DNA of 53,703 nucleotides from a virus (Duplodnaviria; Heunggongvirae; Uroviricota; Caudoviricetes): IMG/VR virus record IMGVR_UViG_2526164595_000015, positions 1 to 53,703 of that record; one strand, 5' to 3'. Shown piece by piece: positions 21,836 to 31,392 of this stretch (position 1 is its first letter; each line of letters starts with the position of its first letter). The notes under the pieces were generated by a model. It saw only the letters and a program-made list of their open reading frames with translations, ran no database searches and was not told where the DNA came from. The position numbers and the translations under genes were made by a program.

Positions 21836-23344
21836 TTATTCTTCGGACTGGTCGTCGGTGTGCTGCGGCTCCTGTCGTTTCGTTGCGGCACTGCTGCCTC
21901 CTTTATCACTGGCCGGATCGGTATCAAATACCAGATCCAGCTTGCGGTTTTCATCAATTTCGGCCTTGCGCCGACGTTTGACATCATCCGGATTACGACC
22001 ACCAGCACGTACCCAGTCTGATTCTGTCGCCGCTCCACCACGAATCTGGATTTTCCAGGCCTCAGCCTCCTTAACAGGGTCAATCCACGGCATCACCGGT
22101 CCGGAATACACCGCGGTATACAGTGAAGAAAGGTCAAGATCGCGGGGTAGCCTGATAACACCGGATGCCACAGCCTGTTTCAGCCAGGCACGATACATCG
22201 GACGGGTGACGGCACCAATAAACCAGTCCTGCAGGATCAGGTAGCCATCAGTGGATTCAACCAGCTCCTGACGCTGGGCGCTGTAAGTGCCGTTATAGTT
22301 GCGCGCTGTACTGGAAAAACTCAGACGACTGCCCGCCGCCACAGCACGCAACTGACCATTACGAAAAGTTTCAAGGTTAGGATTTGGGCGATCCGACTTC
22401 ACCATTCCGATTTCTTCGCCGGGTTTCAGATCATCGTAAATAATGCCTGGCTGAATGGTAAGCTCGCGTTCCTTATCCTTGCTGCCATTACCATCCGCTT
22501 CATAGCTCTGCCCGTCGCCTTTCCGGATGTACATCCCCAGAGCAGCGGCGATCCTTGCTGCAGTCAGCTCAGAATCTTCATACTCTTTCAGGGCACTGAG
22601 GCGGATCAGCACACCGGACAATAAAGACGTCCCGCGCATCTGGTGCAGACGGCGAACAAATTTAAGATGCAGCATTCGCTCTGCATCCACTTCTTTGGTT
22701 TCCATCTGCCGTCCGGATACGGGACGGCTTTTATACACCAGATATTTTTCGGGACGCCCCCAGTCATCAACAAACACGCCCTGATTCAGCCTGTTGCTCT
22801 CATCACTGGTCATGGGAATAAAGTCCGGCTCGAGCGCCTCCAGCCAGAAATGAACACCGGCAGAAGGCGTCAGGCTGTTTATGCGCCCGGAAACCATCTG
22901 GGCAAACACCTCACCATCGCGCAGCCAGGTACGAAGCATCAGACGTTCCAGCATCGGACGGGTAAACTGCCCGGTGACTTCCGGGCTGACAGACCATTCA
23001 CTCCATCGGGTGCGAATCTCCGCAGCCAGGTCACGGGCAATGGCCCCATTGCGTAATACCGGATGTGGCTCGACAATAATCCCGTTTTTCCCCACCACCC
23101 GTTCTTCCAGCTTGTCAAATACACCAATAACCAGATCGTGGTTGTTATCAAGGTAACGGGCCTGCTCACGTAACGACACGGCCCCGTACTGGCTTAACTG
23201 GTCGGCAGTTCGGTTCTCCCGTCGGGCTTTGTGTGTCCGCGTCGTTTTTACGGCCTCATAAGCCTGGATCACCGCACGGGAACGCAGCCTTGCCGCTTTC
23301 CATCCTGGTGAAAAAACGCCAATCACATCATCAAGAATTGCCAT
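21836..23344 (-). CDS. portal protein
   Basis: ~500 aa in lambda gpB position; start at MAILDD overlapping W stop (TGATG). Confidence 0.85.
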   Translation of the reverse strand: MAILDDVIGVFSPGWKAARLRSRAVIQAYEAVKTTRTHKARRENRTADQLSQYGAVSLREQARYLDNNHDLVIGVFDKLEERVVGKNGIIVEPHPVLRNGAIARDLAAEIRTRWSEWSVSPEVTGQFTRPMLERLMLRTWLRDGEVFAQMVSGRINSLTPSAGVHFWLEALEPDFIPMTSDESNRLNQGVFVDDWGRPEKYLVYKSRPVSGRQMETKEVDAERMLHLKFVRRLHQMRGTSLLSGVLIRLSALKEYEDSELTAARIAAALGMYIRKGDGQSYEADGNGSKDKERELTIQPGIIYDDLKPGEEIGMVKSDRPNPNLETFRNGQLRAVAAGSRLSFSSTARNYNGTYSAQRQELVESTDGYLILQDWFIGAVTRPMYRAWLKQAVASGVIRLPRDLDLSSLYTAVYSGPVMPWIDPVKEAEAWKIQIRGGAATESDWVRAGGRNPDDVKRRRKAEIDENRKLDLVFDTDPASDKGGSSAATKRQEPQHTDDQSEE

Positions 23345-23562
23345 CAGAACCTCGCCAGCCGATACCCGGGATGCCCCCGTCGTCGTGTAATCAGAGCCGC
23401 AAGGCGGCGCTCCCACTCCTGCCGTCCCTGCCGGATCTCAGATAAGTTTTCCATGGTCATCTGCTGACCATTAAACGTGACGGATTTTCCGTCCAGCACC
23501 GCCATTTCAGCTTCCGTATAACGCTGAATCATGGCTTCGATATCATTCTGGTTCATAACCAT
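23344..23562 (-). CDS. W: gpW-like head-tail joining protein
   Basis: 72-aa ORF between terL and portal as in lambda. Confidence 0.7.
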   Translation of the reverse strand: MVMNQNDIEAMIQRYTEAEMAVLDGKSVTFNGQQMTMENLSEIRQGRQEWERRLAALITRRRGHPGYRLARF

Positions 23563-24665
23563 CCTCCGGAAGTCAGCCAGGGGTTAACATCGTCAGTTAC
23601 TGTTTTCTTCCGTTTTTGTTTTTTAACAGGCGTGGATACCGGTTCCGGTGAGGATGACGGTTCGGTACTGTCCGGGACACACTCCAGCCAGGTTTCCCGG
23701 CTCGCCCACTCCGGTGCATCCGGCCAGCGGATCTTTTCGTATCCATGCAGAATGACCAGAGCCTCGGCATACACCATCAGGTCAAAAGCTTCGTTGGCAC
23801 CGCGACCCGGCTTACTCCATTTCCCGTCACTGCTCCGCTCTTCATACGTCAGTTCGTCGTAAAACCAGCTCCCCAGCCAGTCAGGGAAATGCACATAGCC
23901 TGGACCTGGCGAGTCACGCCATAACGCGTTATTCACCCGGTCTTTCAGGGCATCCGTCTGAAGAAGCCAGAGCGGCACATCACCTGCGGCCTGCGCCCGG
24001 CGGCCCGTTCGTCCGGTGTTATCAGGGAATGTACGGCTGATCAGTTTTGCGCGCCGGATGCTGTCGCCCTTAAACAGGTAAATACGTTTACCAAGGCCAT
24101 CACGACGGCAACGACGCCAGAATTTATAGGCATTATCAGTGACCCCGTCTTCACCGCCGGAGTCCACCGCCATTGCCATCAGTCGCATTTGTTGAGAAGG
24201 ATCGGAGGCCAGCGGCCAGCTTTTATGAAAAACATCCGTCAGCAGGACATCCCAGTCTTCCGGATAGCTGGCCGGATCAATTCGCTGGCTCTCCCCGTCG
24301 CAGTCACTGCGCAATGACTGCGTGATGTTGTAACGATCAATAATCCAGCGTTCGCCACGGCTGCCATAGCCCGTTACCTGAACCACAAAACGGCGATGAC
24401 GTCCCGCCTGCACATCCACTGTCGCCACAAGGAAATTAACGCCATCTGGCACACTGCGGGAAGGAACTGGCTCTGCCCGCTGCTCAAGCAGTTCACTTTT
24501 TCGTTGCTCCATGCTGGCGCGGGGAAGATAAGGTAATCCCCAGTCGGTGTTGATAACCGCCCTGAGTGTTTCTTCACTTCCTGTCGCTTCATACTCCTGT
24601 TCTGCAGTCAGTAATTTGTAAACCAGTTGCGCCCAGGTCTGATACGCAGCAGCTGGCCCTTCCAT
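23553..24665 (-). CDS. terL: terminase large subunit, C-terminal (nuclease) portion; 3' half of a terL gene split by the inserted island
   Basis: 370 aa beginning MEGPAAAYQTW, gpA-like C-terminal region; the in-frame continuation of ORF 34401..35393 once the island is removed. Confidence 0.85.
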   Translation of the reverse strand: MEGPAAAYQTWAQLVYKLLTAEQEYEATGSEETLRAVINTDWGLPYLPRASMEQRKSELLEQRAEPVPSRSVPDGVNFLVATVDVQAGRHRRFVVQVTGYGSRGERWIIDRYNITQSLRSDCDGESQRIDPASYPEDWDVLLTDVFHKSWPLASDPSQQMRLMAMAVDSGGEDGVTDNAYKFWRRCRRDGLGKRIYLFKGDSIRRAKLISRTFPDNTGRTGRRAQAAGDVPLWLLQTDALKDRVNNALWRDSPGPGYVHFPDWLGSWFYDELTYEERSSDGKWSKPGRGANEAFDLMVYAEALVILHGYEKIRWPDAPEWASRETWLECVPDSTEPSSSPEPVSTPVKKQKRKKTVTDDVNPWLTSGGWL

Positions 24666-24672
24666 CCAGGAA
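24663..24672. repeat. left copy of 10-bp direct repeat (CATCCAGGAA) at island/terL junction (putative att core)
   Basis: Matches CATCCAGAAA at 34404..34413. Confidence 0.7.
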
Positions 24673-24825
24673 GAAGTAAATAAAAGGTAACTAAATGATT
24701 ATAAGGTACTATTGAGTTATGCCCCCTACAACATAGTCCCAGATTTAGTACCTGCTTAAGCGATAAAAAAGCAAAAAAGGAAGCAATATTAATTATTGCC
24801 GCTATGCATGATCACAATGACAAAT

Positions 24826-24993
24826 CAGAGGCGGAATTCCGCTCTCGGAACTCACATATGAGAAACGATATTTCTTCCACCGATACCCTTTATTTGGGTA
24901 TCGCAAGTAAGCCCCAAAATCTGGGTGTTGCTCTTACTACCCAAACTACGGGTAGTTTCCGTAATTTCATGATCGAGTTGCAGATCTGCAACT
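24826..24993. repeat. cluster of four perfect palindromes/hairpins near the island left end
   Basis: gcggaattccgc; cgataccc-N6-gggtatcg; ctaccc-N6-gggtag; 20-bp palindrome gagttgcagatctgcaactc. Confidence 0.6.
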
Positions 24994-25039
24994 CCCCCAC
25001 CAGCCAACGCAATTTTGCGTTATCGGGAATATCAACAAG

Positions 25040-25321
25040 TTACCTCCGCAGCCGTTCCGGCGTCTTCCACTGGTAAGTATTTTTCGCGCTCTCCCTCCGT
25101 TGTTGAGAACGGCGACGGTATGCCAGCAACTCAAGGACTCTGGTTCGTATATTGCGCATATCCACATCATTAAGCTGGATACCATCACGGCGCATCACCT
25201 CCACCACTACACGCACATAATTATCTGCGGTCATGCTGTCCGGCTGCGTGGCCTGTTCGTCAACCTGCTGGCTGATTCCGGCGACGCGGCGGATTAATCC
25301 CAGTATTTCGGCTTCTGTCAT
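25040..25321 (-). CDS. hypothetical 93-aa protein immediately downstream of cos-like element A
   Basis: ORF only; no family recognised. Confidence 0.45.
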   Translation of the reverse strand: MTEAEILGLIRRVAGISQQVDEQATQPDSMTADNYVRVVVEVMRRDGIQLNDVDMRNIRTRVLELLAYRRRSQQRRESAKNTYQWKTPERLRR

Positions 25322-25500
25322 TGTGCCCCCATCGCGCTGGTGAAGAAAACAAGCTCAGATTTTTTGTAAAGAATCTGTCACGCTAAAAGATGTCGAACAA
25401 AAAACAACCTTCTTCATCATCTTTTTTACATCAAAATAATTAAAAACAATCACTTACGCACATGATGATGATGACGATAAAATCAAAAAAATGCGCTTCT

Positions 25501-25550
25501 TTCCGCGCCGCCCGCCCCGTGTTCAGGCCCACCCCACCAGGAGGACCCGC
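25501..25550 (-). repeat. cos-like GC-rich element, island copy A
   Basis: ~50-bp motif shared with 28038..28089 and 36107..36157; minus-strand core GGGGCGGGCGGCGCGG resembles lambda cosN. Confidence 0.6.
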
Positions 25551-25573
25551 AAAAAAGGCGGCTGGTGCCGCCT
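25551..25573 (-). terminator. rho-independent terminator after island capsid gene
   Basis: ggcggc-acca-gccgcc followed by TTTTTT on the minus strand. Confidence 0.65.
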
Positions 25574-25578
25574 TGTTG

Positions 25579-26871
25579 TCATAGTGAATCTGTCCCGCCT
25601 GATTTGACCATACCGCGATAATCCAGAGCGGCCACACCTGCATCAATACGGACTTTCCAGGCCACGCCGTCAACGATAAAACCTTCCTGCTGTTCAAGGT
25701 AAGGCTCGTCATTGCCATCAAGATAAGCCACCTCGATTGTGTCCGTTCCCTGTGCGGAAAGCATGTACCATTGTTTTTCGCTGATATCATCAAGGCGGGG
25801 ATCGACGATGATATCAAGTAGCTTGTGATACGGGTTAAAGATCCCGCTGTTTTTATCAGCCCCGAAAGGTGCGGTTGAGTTAATCATCTGCAACGCGCGA
25901 TCTTCCAGTGCTGCCGGAACTAAAAGGAATTTAGGCGCAATATTCAGCACTTCGCCATTTTTGTCCTTCTGTGTGCGCATCAGGTGACGTGCTGCACTAA
26001 GTCCCGGTGTTGTCAGTCCTGCTTCAATCAGGTTGCTGTGTTTTTTATCAAACAGCGTTATTCCGTCAGAAAGTTTTACGTTGCCTGTAAGCACCAGATT
26101 AACCAGATTTCCCACCGTTCTTGATGCTGCACGGCCCATAGCCATTGGCACCGTTGATAACTGATCAAGGTCATCATTGATTATCGCCTGGCGGGTAATG
26201 CTGAAAATATTCCCGTAAGTAGCCAGCGCGATGGGTTCACCGCGATCGCTGGTGGTGATGTATTTATATTCTGCCCCTTCCGGCACTTTGTTTAACGTTG
26301 AGAAGCCATTCATACCAACGCGGCGGGCTTCCCGGAAGTTTGAAAGGGAACCTTTTTTCGTCCACTGGCGGAATGTTTCGCCGCTGTGCTCCCAGCCTGC
26401 AAGCACTGATTTTTCAGCGCCACCAGCAAGGATATCGGTAAAATCGCTGCTGCTGTGGGTGAATGCCGCGTTTACTATCTGCGAGCGTGTGCTGTAGCTG
26501 CCCGTGCTTATACCACGATGGGTTAATGATGCCTGTGCCATATCGAAAAGGCTCATCATGGCGTAAGGATTACCGCGTTCGGCCCGTTCGTGACCAAGAC
26601 GCGCATTAAGCCCCTGACGCATGGCATCGCCGGTTATATTGCCGTTATCCGTGTACGCGTAGTAAAGATTTGCGGGGGTGGTTTTGTTTGTTGGCGTTGA
26701 TTCTTTACCCATAGCGAGTAAAAGGCGTTCGCGTGCATTCTCAACGCTACATTCTGAATCCGCAAGACAACTTATAGCCAGGTCGTTATATCTTCCGTTG
26801 AAGGTGCCAAACAATTCACGGATTCCGTTAAGTCGTTCCTGTTCGCCACTGCCAGTTTTCTGGCTGATCAT
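25579..26871 (-). CDS. island-encoded HK97-fold major capsid protein
   Basis: 430 aa, collinear with the C-terminal capsid region of the prophage gene at 19864..21822 (shared blocks such as EGAEYKY..T, ITRQAIINDDL, TIEVAYL.G). Confidence 0.85.
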   Translation of the reverse strand: MISQKTGSGEQERLNGIRELFGTFNGRYNDLAISCLADSECSVENARERLLLAMGKESTPTNKTTPANLYYAYTDNGNITGDAMRQGLNARLGHERAERGNPYAMMSLFDMAQASLTHRGISTGSYSTRSQIVNAAFTHSSSDFTDILAGGAEKSVLAGWEHSGETFRQWTKKGSLSNFREARRVGMNGFSTLNKVPEGAEYKYITTSDRGEPIALATYGNIFSITRQAIINDDLDQLSTVPMAMGRAASRTVGNLVNLVLTGNVKLSDGITLFDKKHSNLIEAGLTTPGLSAARHLMRTQKDKNGEVLNIAPKFLLVPAALEDRALQMINSTAPFGADKNSGIFNPYHKLLDIIVDPRLDDISEKQWYMLSAQGTDTIEVAYLDGNDEPYLEQQEGFIVDGVAWKVRIDAGVAALDYRGMVKSGGTDSL

Positions 26872-27467
26872 GCTTTTAATTTTTCCGGCATATTTGAAAA
26901 ATCTCCGATTCGTTTTGATTCAATTCGGGCCATTGCTGTAATCGCGGGTATAACCTCATCTGCGAAGCCGTTAGCCTTACACTCATTGCCATCCATCCAG
27001 GTTTCCGCCTCCATCATTGAGGTGATCTCCTGTTTGCTCCTGCCCGTTCTTCCGGCGTAGGTTTCCGCCATCGTGTCGCCCAGCTTGTCCATCAGGTCAG
27101 CAAAGCGGCGAACGTCGCCCGACACTCCGGCAGTAACACCACGGGGGGCATGTATCATCATCATCGCGTTTTCAGGCATAACGATGTGATCGCCACACAT
27201 GGCAATAAACGAGGCCATAGAAGCCGCCATGCCTTCAATGTGTACAATTTTCTTTGCCGGATGATTTTTCAGGGCGTTATAGATAGCCAGCCCTTCAAAG
27301 ATGTCGCCACCAGGTGAATGGATGCGAAGATGGATTTCAGACGCATTACCGCACGCGTTGATCTCGTCAGTAAGTGTCGATGCTTTTACACCGTACCCGC
27401 CGATCTCGTCATAAATACGCACATAGACAACATCTGCCATAGCCTTAATGGAAAACCATGTTTTCAT
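26868..27467 (-). CDS. island-encoded ClpP-like prohead protease
   Basis: 199 aa with HSPGGDIFEG and GMAASMAS motifs, homologous to the N-terminal region of the prophage fused gene; ATGA overlap with capsid gene. Confidence 0.85.
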   Translation of the reverse strand: MKTWFSIKAMADVVYVRIYDEIGGYGVKASTLTDEINACGNASEIHLRIHSPGGDIFEGLAIYNALKNHPAKKIVHIEGMAASMASFIAMCGDHIVMPENAMMMIHAPRGVTAGVSGDVRRFADLMDKLGDTMAETYAGRTGRSKQEITSMMEAETWMDGNECKANGFADEVIPAITAMARIESKRIGDFSNMPEKLKA

Positions 27468-27691
27468 AGCCAGGCTCCTAACGTTGCCTGGTACCAGTAT
27501 TCAACCGCGCTGCGTGTGATTTGTCCTTTCGTGGGTACCGGCATACCCGGGTGATTATCTTTGATGAACTGCTGATAGCGTTCGATCTTCTCCATAGTTC
27601 CGGCGTCTATGTGTACCGTGGCACTTTTATCCGGCTTTCTGGTGTTGTTCTCTGGCATAAATCCGCCTCCGTTTTGATTAACGGGCATCAT
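27464..27691 (-). CDS. hypothetical 75-aa protein, first gene of the island protease-capsid operon
   Basis: ORF directly downstream of cos-like element B, translationally coupled to the protease gene. Confidence 0.45.
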   Translation of the reverse strand: MMPVNQNGGGFMPENNTRKPDKSATVHIDAGTMEKIERYQQFIKDNHPGMPVPTKGQITRSAVEYWYQATLGAWL

Positions 27692-28037
27692 TATTGATCG
27701 ATAAAAGTAATAGATAAATCATTTTCTACCTGAAAATCAGATTATGTTTTTTCTGATTATTCTCAGAGAGGCAAAGCCATTGACGCATTTTTGCTATTGA
27801 AGCAATATTAAGACTCGTCATCCTGGCGATAAAAACTCCTTTGTCGTGTAAAAGCGCCTCCGGTAACAGCAATCGGGGGCGCTTTTTTTTGCGCCTGTTT
27901 TTTTGTAAATGTTTTCGGGAACGTTCCAGTGATGAACAAAAAACAACCTGATTCGACACTAAAAATTTTTATTCCTCAATATATCAATAGCTTATAGTGG
28001 TGGTGATGGTGCCATAAAAATCAAAAAATGCGCCTTT

Positions 28038-28089
28038 TTCCGCGCCCCTCCCGCCCCGTGTTCAGGCCCACCCCGCCAGGAGGACCCGT
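28038..28089 (-). repeat. cos-like GC-rich element, island copy B
   Basis: Same motif as copy A; downstream ~150 bp also resemble copy A flank. Confidence 0.6.
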
Positions 28090-28090
28090 A

Positions 28091-28112
28091 AAAAAGCCGG
28101 ATTGCTCCGGCT
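28091..28112 (-). terminator. rho-independent terminator after ssb
   Basis: gccgg-agcaat-ccggc followed by TTTTTT on the minus strand. Confidence 0.6.
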
Positions 28113-28127
28113 TCTGTCACTCGTCGC

Positions 28128-28550
28128 TTAAAACGGTATGTTATCCCCGTACGGATCATCATTCCCCGCCTGTTGTTTTGCCCTGTTCAGCGCGTCAGTA
28201 GCCTGGCCCTGTTGACCTTTTTTGCCGCCCAGTCGCGCCGTTCGCGCACTGATTACACTGTCTGCGATAACCTGCCAGCCCTGCCGCGTTTCTCCGTTCT
28301 GCCCAGTCCACTGGCTGATCTGCATGTTACCCGCCACGCTCAGGAGTTCACCCTTGCGGTGCCTTTCCAGTGCTTCGGCCTGTCTGCCAAATGCCAGGAC
28401 GGATAACCACATCGTCGCCGTTCCGTCATCTGCCTGGCTGCACGGAAGGGGGACCGCCATACGTGCCAGCGTCATTGGTGTGCCCTTGCTGGTCTGTTTT
28501 ACCTGCGGGTCGTCCACCAGCCGCCCGTAAGCTGCTATCTGTGCTGTCAT
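28128..28550 (-). CDS. ssb: single-stranded DNA-binding protein
   Basis: 140 aa, OB-fold-like, Gly/Gln-rich linker, C-terminal acidic tail ending …DNIPF. Confidence 0.75.
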   Translation of the reverse strand: MTAQIAAYGRLVDDPQVKQTSKGTPMTLARMAVPLPCSQADDGTATMWLSVLAFGRQAEALERHRKGELLSVAGNMQISQWTGQNGETRQGWQVIADSVISARTARLGGKKGQQGQATDALNRAKQQAGNDDPYGDNIPF

Positions 28551-28828
28551 GATTCCACCTCTCCGGTTTTAACGTTGATGGTTGTTACCTGTTCCGCTTC
28601 GGCAATCTCCCGTTCTGTCAGCGTGGCAAAGTTTGCCGCCGCCGTGGTCATGAATGCGCTTATCAGGTCGGGATGTTCCTTCGCGTATCCTTCCCGCGTG
28701 TGGCGGTCTATCGTTCTGATTGCCACCTTTAAGGTGTGCTCAGTCATGTCTAACGCTTTATATTTTGGCTCTGTTCTGTCTCTGCGTTTTTGGGTCATTT
28801 CTCGCAACCTCTCACTTTTTCGCCTCAC
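28547..28828 (-). CDS. hypothetical protein
   Basis: 93-aa ORF overlapping ssb start; basic N-terminus. Confidence 0.45.
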   Translation of the reverse strand: MRRKSERLREMTQKRRDRTEPKYKALDMTEHTLKVAIRTIDRHTREGYAKEHPDLISAFMTTAAANFATLTEREIAEAEQVTTINVKTGEVES

Positions 28829-28998
28829 TTTTTCAAGCGTCTCACTTCGTCGCAGTTGGGATTTTCGGTTTTTCTATGTGTGTGTTTCATAAGTATTTTT
28901 TTACCCCTCACTTTTGAGGATGTATACAGGTCGAAAAGTGAGGGAGAGCGGGCTAATTTTGGCCCTCTTTCTATCCCCCTCGCTTTTGCTCCTCACTT

Positions 28999-30399
28999 TT
29001 ATAGCGGCGCTACATCATCCCCATCGATACGAATAACCCCATCTTTTTCCAGCTTGTACAGCCAGCGCCGGAAGTTTTTCATTTCATACCCCAGCTTTTT
29101 CATGTCATCACGTAACAGCGGGATCGTGCACTTGTCGCCGTTCTGTGTGCGTGAACGGATGCACCCCCATAGCGCGGTATGGTTTTCCGTCTTGTTCCCT
29201 GCCTCCTCGATGCGCTCCAGTTCAACAGGAGGGCGCGGATCATCCACCACCACCAGCGACGTGATTAATTCACCGTCAGCGTCGGTAAAAAGCTCCACCA
29301 CGCGTAAGTCATATGCGGCTTCTTTGAGTTCCTCCGCGTCCTTCATTTTGGTGCATGAGATAACCAGCGCTTCGCTTCCTGCGTCCTCCCTGCGTATCCG
29401 GTATTCAGCATCCAGCGAAGCACGAAATGCACTGGAACCGCGCGCGCCTTTCGTCTCATCCTTGCCGGAATGGTGAACCACCAGCACCGTGGCCCCTGTG
29501 CGTCGTTTCAGTTCGTCACAACCACGGATAAACGCCCCCATATCACGGGAATCATTTTCATCATTCCCACCAAAGCAACGCGCCAGCGTATCCAGAATAA
29601 TCATGCGTACAGGTTTACCCGTTTCCCGCTCCACCTGACGGGCAGCGATAACCATTTCATCAACATCAAGCGGGGCAGCCGGAAAGATGGGGCGGTTTAC
29701 CAGATACAGATTTTTCACCTGCTCATCGTGCACAACCTCCCAGGCTTTTACACGACGCGGAACACCTATACCGCCTTCACCAACCACATAGAGAACCGCA
29801 CCATGTGCAACCCTGCGGCCTCCCCACTGGCGACCAGTGGCAACATGGCACGCCCACGATCCGGCAAGGAATGATTTATAGGACCCGCTAGCTCCGTATA
29901 TGCTGCATAGCGATACCGCCGGAATAATCCCCTTAACCACGTAATCCAGTTGCGTGTCGTATCCGGTAGATCCAACGCTCATCGGTAGCGTGGTTTTTCG
30001 CTGGTGGTTTTTTTCTTCCGCCGGCTCTTTCCCGCGCACCCGTTCCAGGTATTCGCGCCAGTTCTCCCGCATATGGCTGTGCATCCCTTCGGGGTAATAA
30101 TTCGCATCAGTTACACCCGCCGCCGCCAGCTTGTGCGCAATGGCATTAATATTTGATGGCCTGATGTGGCCTGCCTTGTACAGCCGGACACAATAGCGCC
30201 CCTCGTCGATGATTCTCAGGTCTGCCAGTTCATCCAGTTGATCATCAGCCAGCACAACGGGAGGCACATTATCGCCAGCCAGTCGCCCGTCCTGTTCCTG
30301 CCACTGTTTCGCATGTGCCCAGGCATCACTACCCGCAAAAATAATGACTTCGGTCATCTTGTCGTAAGGCTGTTTTTTTAAGTTCGGTGCGCTTTTCAT
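28999..30399 (-). CDS. RecA-fold AAA-type replicative helicase (RepA/DnaB-like) of the island
   Basis: 466 aa; Walker A GASGSYKS, Walker B ILDTLARC, VVHHSGK motif. Confidence 0.8.
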   Translation of the reverse strand: MKSAPNLKKQPYDKMTEVIIFAGSDAWAHAKQWQEQDGRLAGDNVPPVVLADDQLDELADLRIIDEGRYCVRLYKAGHIRPSNINAIAHKLAAAGVTDANYYPEGMHSHMRENWREYLERVRGKEPAEEKNHQRKTTLPMSVGSTGYDTQLDYVVKGIIPAVSLCSIYGASGSYKSFLAGSWACHVATGRQWGGRRVAHGAVLYVVGEGGIGVPRRVKAWEVVHDEQVKNLYLVNRPIFPAAPLDVDEMVIAARQVERETGKPVRMIILDTLARCFGGNDENDSRDMGAFIRGCDELKRRTGATVLVVHHSGKDETKGARGSSAFRASLDAEYRIRREDAGSEALVISCTKMKDAEELKEAAYDLRVVELFTDADGELITSLVVVDDPRPPVELERIEEAGNKTENHTALWGCIRSRTQNGDKCTIPLLRDDMKKLGYEMKNFRRWLYKLEKDGVIRIDGDDVAPL

Positions 30400-30695
30400 T
30401 TCTTGCCCCTGAATCCGTTAATCATGGTTTTCAGCTTCTGGATGTTTGCCCGTGCCCTGGCGTTGCTGGTGGGCACGTTATGCGGCGCGGTCTGTACCAG
30501 AGAAAAATCACGCCGGAACTGATAAACAGGCATCACGCAATCATATTCGTAGCCTTCACGGCGGTAGGTTACACGCCGTTCTTCCACGCCCTTAATCATT
30601 ACCGTGCCGCCGTACTGGTCGCGGTAAATATCACCGCGCGTAAATTTAGGGTGAGTGTTGCCACTGGCAGTTAAGCCAGAATATTTAAGTTTCAT
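30396..30695 (-). CDS. hypothetical protein
   Basis: 99-aa ORF, ATGA-coupled to helicase gene. Confidence 0.45.
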   Translation of the reverse strand: MKLKYSGLTASGNTHPKFTRGDIYRDQYGGTVMIKGVEERRVTYRREGYEYDCVMPVYQFRRDFSLVQTAPHNVPTSNARARANIQKLKTMINGFRGKK

Positions 30696-30700
30696 TATTT

Positions 30701-30934
30701 TTATTCTCCGGTGTGCTGTTCTTTATATCTGTCGTGCAATAGATCTATTTCTTGCAGTTCCATTATTACAGGCTCAAGAAGCGTTATTAATGCCGTGGCA
30801 ATTCTTGATTTTTGTTTGTCGCGTTCATTGTCGCCAAGTGTTTCAAGCCATATGCGCAATATTTCCAGCATGTTTTCACTGTGAGAAAGTGCAAGAAATG
30901 CGCGGTCTATTGTTTCGTGGTAAATATCACGCAT
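30701..30934 (-). CDS. hypothetical protein
   Basis: 77-aa ORF in operon. Confidence 0.4.
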   Translation of the reverse strand: MRDIYHETIDRAFLALSHSENMLEILRIWLETLGDNERDKQKSRIATALITLLEPVIMELQEIDLLHDRYKEQHTGE

Positions 30935-31187
30935 GGCTTACATCCTCAGGAAATTTTCTTCTGTAACGCGCCTCTGCCACATATTCCGCATAATCGGCGG
31001 CGATATTCAGTACATCAAGCCCCGTTGATTTATATTCTCTCGTGGAAAGTAAGAAAAAAGCCGCTCTAATAAGTTCTGGCATTGACGAAAGCGCATCAGC
31101 CGCATCATCAGGAACGCCGGAAAATTCCTGTTTCAGGGAATTAAAACGATCATCACGCATAACCCCCCCCATTTTCACAATCAGCAA
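30927..31187 (-). CDS. hypothetical protein
   Basis: 86-aa ORF in operon. Confidence 0.4.
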   Translation of the reverse strand: MLIVKMGGVMRDDRFNSLKQEFSGVPDDAADALSSMPELIRAAFFLLSTREYKSTGLDVLNIAADYAEYVAEARYRRKFPEDVSHA

Positions 31188-31392
31188 TCAGGATGGCTTT
31201 GGCCTCATTCAGCGCCATATCCGCACTAAGTTGCATAACCGCCAGCGAATGAGGAACGAAAGCCCCGGCATATTCTGTTTCACTGGTGGCGTGCTTATGC
31301 GCCATGTCTGCGATAACAGAAATATCAATCAGCGCGTGCATTAGCGTTATGATGGCTTCGGCGGCTGCGTCCGGACGGATGTTATTGCACAT
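31153..31392 (-). CDS. hypothetical protein
   Basis: 79-aa ORF in operon. Confidence 0.4.
   Translation of the reverse strand: MCNNIRPDAAAEAIITLMHALIDISVIADMAHKHATSETEYAGAFVPHSLAVMQLSADMALNEAKAILIADCENGGGYA

Noticed and set aside
21836-22083. N-terminal 87 codons of the tracked 739-aa protease-capsid ORF
   Set aside because: This extension overlaps the 3' end of the portal gene in another frame; the gene more likely starts at the Met just downstream of the portal stop (21822).
24804-25076. 90-aa plus-strand ORF at the island left end
   Set aside because: Overlaps the palindrome cluster and the 3' end of orf93; no SD; probably non-coding.
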